Of a DNA stretch of 37,002 bases, positions 9,239 through 16,122 are shown one piece after another (position 1 is the stretch's first letter; each line of letters begins with the position of its first letter). Source of the DNA: a virus (taxonomy: Duplodnaviria > Caudoviricetes); IMG/VR virus record IMGVR_UViG_3300037462_000805, positions 1 through 37,002 of that record; one strand, 5' to 3'. The translations under genes were made by a program, and so were the position numbers. The notes beneath the pieces were generated by a model. The model searched no databases. It was not told the DNA's origin and saw only the letters and a program-made list of their open reading frames with translations.

Positions 9239-9818
9239 TAAGGGCGAGCTGCCGCGCGAGCTTAAAAAAAGCACTGATAGCGACTTTGATCGCATCTATA
9301 AGTTTTACCACCACAGTAAAACACAGGTAAAACTTACTGCAGAAGAAGAGGCTATCCGCGAGCGTTGGGAAAAGGCTTGGTTTCTCCTATGCAAGGGCAG
9401 AACCAATAAGCACGTAGTAGATCTTATGGTCAAGCTCTTTAACATCAGCACAGCGAGTGCTTATAATGATGTACGCAAAGCACAAATGCTGTTTGGCGAT
9501 CCTAAAAATGATCTCATTGAAGGTCGCAGACGCATACATGAACAACAATTGCAAGATGGTGCGCAGCGTGCCTGGGCAAAAGGTGATTTAGAGATGCACC
9601 TCAAGTACCTGAAGGAAATCAGCGAGATCAGAGGCTTTAAAGAGCCACTTCCAGAGACAGATTTGGCAGGCTTGATGAAGAAATTAGTGCCTACACAAAT
9701 CAACATCATTACCAGTGCAGAAGACCTGCAAAAGCTGGCCGAAAAAATGCGCGCAGAAATTACCCGCGATGTAGACTATCAATTACTCGACAGCACCAAT
9801 GGTAAAGCAGAAGGTTAA
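9204..9818 (+). CDS. Probable terminase small subunit
   Basis: Overlaps the terL start. HTH-like segment (NKHVVDLMVKLFNISTASAYNDVRKA) followed by helices. Confidence 0.6.
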   Translation: MEQDQSALIPSNKGELPRELKKSTDSDFDRIYKFYHHSKTQVKLTAEEEAIRERWEKAWFLLCKGRTNKHVVDLMVKLFNISTASAYNDVRKAQMLFGDPKNDLIEGRRRIHEQQLQDGAQRAWAKGDLEMHLKYLKEISEIRGFKEPLPETDLAGLMKKLVPTQINIITSAEDLQKLAEKMRAEITRDVDYQLLDSTNGKAEG

Positions 9819-11304
9819 AAAAATAGACCGATACCTTAACCCTGTCGCGCAGATTTTCCTGCTCTGCAATGCCATCTATAAAGTGCTTATTGCAGGGCGT
9901 GGCTTTAGCAAGAGCTTTACCAATGGCTTGCTTGTAGCCATGAAGGTGGCACTCTTCCCACGCTCAGTAGGCTTATTCCTAAGCCCTACCTACAGCATGA
10001 TCTACACCAAGACCCTCATACCCATGAAGGCAGCTTGGGAGCAGCACATGGGCTATATAGAGGGCATACATTACGTTGTAGGTAAGGCACCACCAAAGCA
10101 TTTTGCCAAGCCCTGGCATAAGCCACACAGGTACGAGAATGTGGTTACCTTCTGGAATGGTACCACCATCATCTTCGGTAGCTTCGACAGACCGGCACTG
10201 ATCTCAGGTGGTTCTTACGATTGGTCCTTATGCGATGAAGCTTACCTCATCAATAAAGATGATTATGACAACTATGTGATACCAACCATGCGTGGTACAC
10301 ATACAAGCTTTCAAGGTATACCAGGTCACCTGCAACAATGCTTTACCAGCTCTATGCCCTTCCGCAACCAAGGCGATTATCTGTTAGACTTCTATGCTAA
10401 GGCAAAGGCAGATCCTGCGATGTATGGCTTCATTGGTTGGGAGCCTAATGCTAAGCTACAGCTGGGCAGTACCTGGATGAACAGACAGGTGTTAACGGAT
10501 AAGGCCATACTCGCCATGAAGGCAGAGATGAGTGAGGTTAGCTATAAAGTCATGATCTTAAACCAACAGGTTACCAGTTGGGGTAATCTCTTCTACCCAT
10601 CATTAGCAGCTAAGCATTGGTATACACCCACGGCTAATGATAAGGTGATCAGCACACCAATAGGCGGCACATTCAAGCGCGATGCATCTTACGATGTTAG
10701 CCCGGATGATTACAATCCTGATATGCCACTACACCTCAGCCATGACTGGGGCACGTTCAACTGTATGACTATCGATCAGCAGTATCCTAAAGAGATAAGG
10801 GTTATCAACACCATGCATGTGCATAACCCTAAGACCATCGATGATCTGGCTGATGAGTTCTGTGAGTACTACCGCATGCATCGCACTAAGATAGTCTACC
10901 AATGGGGAGACAAGAGTGGTAACAACAGGCAGGCAAATGCTAAGCTCACTTACTTCGAACAGTTTGCTGAAAGACTCAGGGATAAAGGATGGCGCGTTAT
11001 CCTTAAGAAGACAGGCGATATCGAACACCTGGAGCGCCACAGACTCATGGCCAAGGTGCACAGCGAAGAAGATAAGCGCTTCCCTATTGTGCGCTATAAC
11101 TCGCGCTGCACTGACTTCCGCATAGCCATGGAAAGCGCACAGATGAAGGACCATAAGAAGGATAAGAGTAGTGAAGGCAATGATGCTATCAAGCCAGAGC
11201 ATGCCACCCACTACACAGATGCACATGACTACCGTATGTACCATGCCTTAAAGCAATTCGAGTCTAAGGAATACGGTATCGATATCTATTCCACCAACCT
11301 CTAA
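9799..11304 (+). CDS. terL: Terminase large subunit
   Basis: Walker A-like LIAGRGFSKS, Walker B LCDEAY, coupling motif FTSS, and C-terminal nuclease acidic motifs (SHDWG, GDKSG, HYTDAHDY). Confidence 0.9.
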   Translation: MVKQKVKKIDRYLNPVAQIFLLCNAIYKVLIAGRGFSKSFTNGLLVAMKVALFPRSVGLFLSPTYSMIYTKTLIPMKAAWEQHMGYIEGIHYVVGKAPPKHFAKPWHKPHRYENVVTFWNGTTIIFGSFDRPALISGGSYDWSLCDEAYLINKDDYDNYVIPTMRGTHTSFQGIPGHLQQCFTSSMPFRNQGDYLLDFYAKAKADPAMYGFIGWEPNAKLQLGSTWMNRQVLTDKAILAMKAEMSEVSYKVMILNQQVTSWGNLFYPSLAAKHWYTPTANDKVISTPIGGTFKRDASYDVSPDDYNPDMPLHLSHDWGTFNCMTIDQQYPKEIRVINTMHVHNPKTIDDLADEFCEYYRMHRTKIVYQWGDKSGNNRQANAKLTYFEQFAERLRDKGWRVILKKTGDIEHLERHRLMAKVHSEEDKRFPIVRYNSRCTDFRIAMESAQMKDHKKDKSSEGNDAIKPEHATHYTDAHDYRMYHALKQFESKEYGIDIYSTNL

Positions 11305-11447
11305 TCATATTTCCCTCAAAAATCGATTGGCGACAGCCAGTTTTTGGAAGTCACACGGGAATCGATCGTGTGTAAATTCAGTGGTTTCCGTCAAACAGAA
11401 TATTATTTTGCTGATAATCAAATAATTGAATAAAATTTGGTTAGAAT

Positions 11448-12704
11448 TTAATGGACTTTTATCAGCTGATTCATTTTATCAACATCTTCCTTCATAACCT
11501 TCTTGTTAGTCTTTACATACTTCTCCAGTGTGGACCTTTTTCTCAATCCCATCAGCTTTAGCAGGCTCGTGTGGTTCGCTCCAGCTTGATCCATGATACT
11601 CGCGTAAGTGTATCGGCCAACATGGTGGTGCAAATTCGCATCAATGACTAGCTTCCTGGCTATCGTTTTCAGTACTCGATTGGAGTGCTGGTCGCTGAAT
11701 CTGTCAAATATTTTTTGCTTGGGATTATCCAAAATCTCATGATCGAGTAACATCCTAGCGACATCATTTAATGGTACATCGTCAATCAGTGTACCGTATT
11801 GTTGAGTCTTACCAGGAGTAATTGTCATCTGTCCGTTCTTAAACATCGATACTTCCAGCTTTTGTAAATCAGATATTCTCAAAGCGCAATTACATGAGAA
11901 CAGAAATCGCCTGAGTATGACAACTTCCGGATATGTCAATCCATTACGATTGTCAGTAATCTTATGAAGAACAGGCAATGGCTTTGCATTAAACTTAATG
12001 TAGGCTTCAATCAACTGTTTCAACTGAAAAAGTTCGAGCGCCTTCCTTGGGCTGTCCTGCATTCTATTTTTAAATCGTGAGTACGGATCAATGAAGTTTA
12101 TATTTTCCTTTCTGGCAAAGTTGAGGTATGTAACAACATGCTTGTGTCTCGCCCATCTTGTGTTTACGGTTATCTCTTTCTTTGTACCATCTTCTTTATC
12201 ATAATCGTTCTTCAATAATCTGTCGAATTCAAATGCCCACTCCGGCCTGAATGAGTTGAAAGCAATTGCTTTGTAGAACTTACTCAGCTTACCTACCGTT
12301 ACCTTTTCACCTTTATAGGTCGTATCCGATATTATGTTTCTTCTCCAACGATCAAACGACTTAGCCGCGAAGTACTGGATGAAATCATTTTTACTGAGTT
12401 GAGTATTGTATTGTCTTAGAAAGTTATCCATGTCTAATGCCTCGTCACGCAGAAGATACTCTTTCCTTATTGCGTTGGCTTTGCCAAGTGCATTATTTAT
12501 GATCGCGTTGTATTGATCACAGTCAGGATCTTTCTTAAATCTTGGCTTGCAAAAATCAGTAGGTGAAAATTTTTCTGGTGGCCAACAAACGCCAAGACCA
12601 ATTCTAGTCTTCACTCGATCAATAATCACTTGGAGAAAAATGGCAGATGTGCCGTCATCTCTTTTGTAGAGATCATCAATTTTAATTTTTGCAGAGTAGC
12701 CCAT
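11448..12704 (-). CDS. int: Tyrosine integrase
   Basis: N-terminal arm-binding-like domain (KRDDGTSAIFLQVII). Catalytic motifs LRISD, HVGR (H-x-x-R) and terminal Tyr in STLEKY. Adjacent to an attP-like site. Confidence 0.92.
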   Translation of the reverse strand: MGYSAKIKIDDLYKRDDGTSAIFLQVIIDRVKTRIGLGVCWPPEKFSPTDFCKPRFKKDPDCDQYNAIINNALGKANAIRKEYLLRDEALDMDNFLRQYNTQLSKNDFIQYFAAKSFDRWRRNIISDTTYKGEKVTVGKLSKFYKAIAFNSFRPEWAFEFDRLLKNDYDKEDGTKKEITVNTRWARHKHVVTYLNFARKENINFIDPYSRFKNRMQDSPRKALELFQLKQLIEAYIKFNAKPLPVLHKITDNRNGLTYPEVVILRRFLFSCNCALRISDLQKLEVSMFKNGQMTITPGKTQQYGTLIDDVPLNDVARMLLDHEILDNPKQKIFDRFSDQHSNRVLKTIARKLVIDANLHHHVGRYTYASIMDQAGANHTSLLKLMGLRKRSTLEKYVKTNKKVMKEDVDKMNQLIKVH

Positions 12705-12712
12705 AAGAACCG

Positions 12713-12892
12713 CTGAAACTTTTCTGAATTAATTCTGAAACAAATACCCTTTAAAAAGACCCGTAGACCTTCATCTACGGGCTATAAACAATGTTTTTAA
12801 TACCCTAATCAGTGATTTGTAGTCCCGGCAGGAATCTGAACATGCAATGATTTTCAGCACTTTAAGTGTTGGCTCTGTAATAATTCTGAAAC
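12713..12892. promoter_or_regulatory. Putative attP: tRNA 3'-end-like core (12817-12836) flanked by TTCTGAAAC-type arm repeats
   Basis: Minus strand reads GATTCCTGCCGGGACTACAA (T-loop half, T-stem 3' strand, acceptor 3' strand). CTGAA-type repeats at 12713, 12724, 12735 and 12875, 12886 with an 11-bp period. Confidence 0.7.
12753..12781 (-). terminator. Intrinsic terminator downstream of the tRNA-like core
   Basis: Minus strand: CCCGTAGA-TGAAGG-TCTACGGG followed by TCTTTTT. Confidence 0.7.
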
Positions 12893-12901
12893 TATAAGAC
12901 A

Positions 12902-13240
12902 TTACTTCTTACCCAATTTTCGCTCTAGCTCCGCCATCTTCTTCTCCATATCAAACATGTGCTTAGTGAGTTCTTCTATGCTCATTGTTTTTACGTTGTA
13001 ATTTGCTACGGGCTCTTCTACCATTTGATAGCTATCATCTTTCTTAGCTATAAGCATTACAAATGGAACTCCTGTGATCTCACTTACAGCAGATATGAAG
13101 TCAACAGAGTCTATCTCTTTGTCTCCATTGAGTCTTTCAGTTACACTCGTTCTGGATACACCAAGTTTTTCTGCCAACTTTTGCTGACTTACCCCTGCAT
13201 CCGAAAGTGCCTTTTTAAGCACGTCATTACGGTTTTTCAT
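12902..13240 (-). CDS. XRE-family HTH repressor (CI-like)
   Basis: LKKALSDAGVSQQKLAEKLGVSRTSVTERLNG is a canonical XRE HTH. Divergent from the early operon and next to the integrase. Confidence 0.85.
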   Translation of the reverse strand: MKNRNDVLKKALSDAGVSQQKLAEKLGVSRTSVTERLNGDKEIDSVDFISAVSEITGVPFVMLIAKKDDSYQMVEEPVANYNVKTMSIEELTKHMFDMEKKMAELERKLGKK

Positions 13241-13259
13241 TTTTTATGAAAATAAAGAT

Positions 13260-13301
13260 GTCGGAAAACTTGACATAGGTGCAAACTTTTTCCTACCATT
13301 G
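13260..13301. promoter_or_regulatory. Divergent lysis/lysogeny promoter-operator region
   Basis: CTTG, 21 nt, then TACCATTG resembles the Bacteroidota -33/-7 pair. Imperfect inverted pair GTCGGAAAA (13260) / TTTTCCTAC (13288). Confidence 0.45.
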
Positions 13302-13338
13302 CATTACCAATTACTATTTACTATTAACAATCACTAAC

Positions 13339-13620
13339 ATGCAATTAACGGAAAAAATCCGTAAAGGAATACTCCTTTACCTTAGTGAAATAACACAAGT
13401 AGAAGCTGAGCAAATAGCCGGTACCAACGGTGTTGGCTTTGTTACAGTGTACCGCTACTGGAAGCTCATTCGTACAGGCAAGCCTGTAGAGCTTAACAAC
13501 ATTACAATAGCCATTGCAGAGTTGGCAGCTTCTAAAAAACAAGAGGTAGAACAAACTCATAAACGTCTGGCTAAAATCACGAAGCAATTATCGGGAAGTA
13601 AACGCAGCCTTGCCGCTTAG
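13339..13620 (+). CDS. Cro-like putative DNA-binding protein
   Basis: First gene divergent from the repressor. HTH-like EQIAGTNGVGFVTVYRYW. ATG 13339 preferred over GTG 13279. Confidence 0.55.
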   Translation: MQLTEKIRKGILLYLSEITQVEAEQIAGTNGVGFVTVYRYWKLIRTGKPVELNNITIAIAELAASKKQEVEQTHKRLAKITKQLSGSKRSLAA

Positions 13621-13675
13621 TCTAACCCTATAGCTTACCCTAGTACTATCACTCACGTCAAAAACATTACATCAC

Positions 13676-13873
13676 ATGAAACCATCACGCGAAACACTAA
13701 TCCTCTTTGGCAACCCTAAGGATCCTGAAATACAATTATCCATTAACAAAGCCGCCATTGTAGGTAGAAAAGTTGAGGTAAAACCTACACCAAACTTTGA
13801 TACCAATCAGGGTAAATGCGGTAAGCTTTGCCATTGTCAGCATGCTTGTGCAATGAAAATGACTAACCCATGA
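13676..13873 (+). CDS. Small hypothetical protein with a Cys/His cluster
   Basis: 65 aa with C-terminal CGKLCHCQHAC; ATGA overlap with the next ORF. Confidence 0.5.
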   Translation: MKPSRETLILFGNPKDPEIQLSINKAAIVGRKVEVKPTPNFDTNQGKCGKLCHCQHACAMKMTNP

Positions 13874-14049
13874 GCCGCAAGAAGCTAATGCAGGAAGTTG
13901 AAAAGCTTCTTGGTGAGAAGGAAGAGGTCACAGAGCGCCTTCGAATGAATGATTACATCGGTACTCACGAAAGGTCTAATGATGAAATCAAACTCTCTGA
14001 AATTAAAAAAAGTCTTAACAAGATATACATCGAAAAAAATGGTCTATGA
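13870..14049 (+). CDS. Small hypothetical protein (59 aa, not in track)
   Basis: MSRKKLMQEVEKLLGEKEEVTERLRMND...IEKNGL*; ATGA overlaps on both sides. Confidence 0.6.
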   Translation: MSRKKLMQEVEKLLGEKEEVTERLRMNDYIGTHERSNDEIKLSEIKKSLNKIYIEKNGL

Positions 14050-14225
14050 ATCGCCTCGAAACCTTGAAAGCCAAAAAGCAGATCCTAATCCAGCGAATCA
14101 ATCAGGGCAAACAATACATGAGTCCACACCAAATCAGAGAGATCCGCAAAATGATCAATCGATACACTCATACAATAAAGCTATTCAATCAGGACAAGCC
14201 GAAGCATCAGCTAACCCTGTTATAG
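14046..14225 (+). CDS. Small basic hypothetical protein (59 aa, not in track)
   Basis: MNRLETLKAKKQILIQRINQG...EIRKMINRY...QLTLL*; ATGA coupling to the previous ORF. Confidence 0.55.
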   Translation: MNRLETLKAKKQILIQRINQGKQYMSPHQIREIRKMINRYTHTIKLFNQDKPKHQLTLL

Positions 14226-14260
14226 AAAGGCCTGAACTGATCTATTTAAGTGAGGTTATT

Positions 14261-14428
14261 TTGATTAATGGCCACAAGGTGCATTACACGCGTGATGGTG
14301 CCCGATACCTTAAACAGCATTGGCAGCACATCTACAATACAGCTGATGACAAGCTAACGAACAAAGCTGAGATAAAACGCATGATTGACAATTATGACTT
14401 AATCATTCAACTCTACGCCAATGAATGA
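14261..14428 (+). CDS. Small hypothetical protein (3' part of track ORF 13949..14428; start uncertain)
   Basis: In-frame TTG at 14261. EIKRMIDNYDLIIQLY resembles EIRKMINRYTHTIKLF of the preceding ORF. Confidence 0.35.
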   Translation: MINGHKVHYTRDGARYLKQHWQHIYNTADDKLTNKAEIKRMIDNYDLIIQLYANE

Positions 14429-14639
14429 AGCTATCAAATTAAAACTGTACCTGCACATGTATCGTGAGGATTACTACAGGCTCAATGCTAAGCTGAAAAA
14501 CAGACAGCTTTTCCCTTCGGTGACATTGATACAGTTGATGGATACCTGTGATATGCTTTATCACGAGATGCTGATGCTCATACCTGTTGAGCACTACGAA
14601 CAGATAGAAGAACTAAAACGAGAGTTAAACCTGGTCTGA
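14421..14639 (+). CDS. Small hypothetical protein
   Basis: 72-aa helical ORF tightly packed in the early operon. Confidence 0.55.
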   Translation: MNEAIKLKLYLHMYREDYYRLNAKLKNRQLFPSVTLIQLMDTCDMLYHEMLMLIPVEHYEQIEELKRELNLV

Positions 14640-14640
14640 T

Positions 14641-15339
14641 ATGAATAGAGAACATCCTATGTTAATGAGCACAGCAATGGCTGAGTCTACTTTAGCAGAT
14701 CTTAAGACTATGACAAGACGATTAACATCCCTAGATGCAGTTAATCAACAACCTGATGATTGGGATGTTAGCTCAATCGGTAACTTATATGTTCCTAAAT
14801 GTGGAAAAAAAAAGGCTAAGGAAGGTTTTGGCGTTGTATTTAGAAGATCATCAGGTACAGATCTATCACCTGAGTTATTCTTCTGCCCCTACGGTAATGT
14901 TGGAGATTTAATTTGGGTTAGGGAAACATGGCAGAGAAGAAGTCATGAAGCAATCAGTAAAGGCTTTGATGAGTACTATTACAAAGCCGGATGGAAAGGT
15001 TGTAATGATGCTGGATGGAAACCATCTATCCACATGCCAAAAGCTGCTTCTCGCATCTGGCTTAAGATTACTGATATCAAAGTAGAAAGACTAAACTCTA
15101 TATCAGAAGATGATGCAATAAAGGAGGGCATCATCGAATATGAAGACGGATCTTTTAAAAACTATTTTACTCAAAAAGGTCTGCGTGATCAGGATGGTGT
15201 TGAATGCCTTCTAGCGAGAGGTTCTTTTCAATCGCTATGGTGTTCTATCAATGGTCTTGAATCATGGGGCCATAATCCATATGTATGGGTAATCTCTTTT
15301 GAGGTAGTTAGCAAAACAGGTAAACCCGCTGACCTATGA
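14641..15339 (+). CDS. ASCH/PUA-like phage protein
   Basis: Motifs KTMTRR, CPYG..GD.IWVRETW, WKPSIHMP, VERLNSISEDDAIKEG and NPYVWVISF. Confidence 0.75.
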   Translation: MNREHPMLMSTAMAESTLADLKTMTRRLTSLDAVNQQPDDWDVSSIGNLYVPKCGKKKAKEGFGVVFRRSSGTDLSPELFFCPYGNVGDLIWVRETWQRRSHEAISKGFDEYYYKAGWKGCNDAGWKPSIHMPKAASRIWLKITDIKVERLNSISEDDAIKEGIIEYEDGSFKNYFTQKGLRDQDGVECLLARGSFQSLWCSINGLESWGHNPYVWVISFEVVSKTGKPADL

Positions 15340-15509
15340 CCCTAGCACACGTAACACCTGGCCAAAAGTTTACCATCTCCGACATAGAGATGGAATTCTA
15401 CTACTGGGATGGTGATCATCCTGTGTTCACCTTCATCATCAACAAGCTACAGGTGAACTACAAAAACAAAAACTGGAACTGGAATACTCTAATGTCTGAG
15501 GTAAAATAA
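15336..15509 (+). CDS. Small hypothetical protein (57 aa, not in track)
   Basis: MTLAHVTPGQKFTISDIEMEFYYWDGDHP...SEVK*; ATGA overlap upstream and 4-bp gap to the next gene. Confidence 0.55.
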   Translation: MTLAHVTPGQKFTISDIEMEFYYWDGDHPVFTFIINKLQVNYKNKNWNWNTLMSEVK

Positions 15510-15513
15510 ATCT

Positions 15514-16119
15514 ATGGCTGGAAAACCTACGATCGCATTTAAACCGAAAGACTCTGTTGCTTCTGATTTTCGAACTGAGTTTCAAACACCTTTAAACGTT
15601 GTAAAATACATGTGTAATCTGATACCTGATGGTGTTGAAAGTGTATTGGAACCAACACCTGGTATCGGAAGAATTGCTAATGAACTTAGAAAAAGAAACT
15701 ATGATGTTACTGCGCCAAATGATTTCTTTCTTCTAAAACCAAGGAGATTTGATTGTGTGGTTATGAATCCCCCATTCTCAAGTAAATGGGGTTTCTTAGA
15801 AAACGCACCAGAAGGATTTAATCATACTGGTATGCGACTTGGTTACTATATACTCAATGAGTGTTTAGCAATGAGTGATTGTGTAATTGCTTTAATGCCT
15901 TGGTTTACGATATCCGATTCTGATTTAAGGTTAAGGTCTGTAAAAAACTACGGTCTAAAATCAGTTACTGCTTTACCCAGAAATACATTCCAATATGCAC
16001 GGATTCAAACATGCGTTCTTGAACTGAGAAAGGCATGGGATCAACCGACTTTATTTCATGTGTTAGGTCATCCTAATAATCAATTGATATTACCAACAAC
16101 CACTACGAATACTTTTTAA
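15514..16119 (+). CDS. Orphan N6-adenine DNA methyltransferase
   Basis: Motif X FQTP, motif I VLEPTPGIG, motif IV MNPPFS (gamma-type order). Confidence 0.82.
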   Translation: MAGKPTIAFKPKDSVASDFRTEFQTPLNVVKYMCNLIPDGVESVLEPTPGIGRIANELRKRNYDVTAPNDFFLLKPRRFDCVVMNPPFSSKWGFLENAPEGFNHTGMRLGYYILNECLAMSDCVIALMPWFTISDSDLRLRSVKNYGLKSVTALPRNTFQYARIQTCVLELRKAWDQPTLFHVLGHPNNQLILPTTTTNTF

Positions 16120-16122
16120 TCT

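Noticed and set aside
12800-12850. Intact tRNA gene
   Set aside because: Only the 3' portion (about 20 nt) is tRNA-like; no D or anticodon arm.
12959-13249. Plus-strand 96-aa ORF, and the many other short antisense ORFs in the track
   Set aside because: They lie opposite well-supported genes (here the XRE repressor) and have implausible composition.
13949-14260. 5' part of the 159-aa ORF 13949..14428
   Set aside because: Overlaps two ATGA-coupled ORFs in other frames and reads as low-complexity off-frame sequence.
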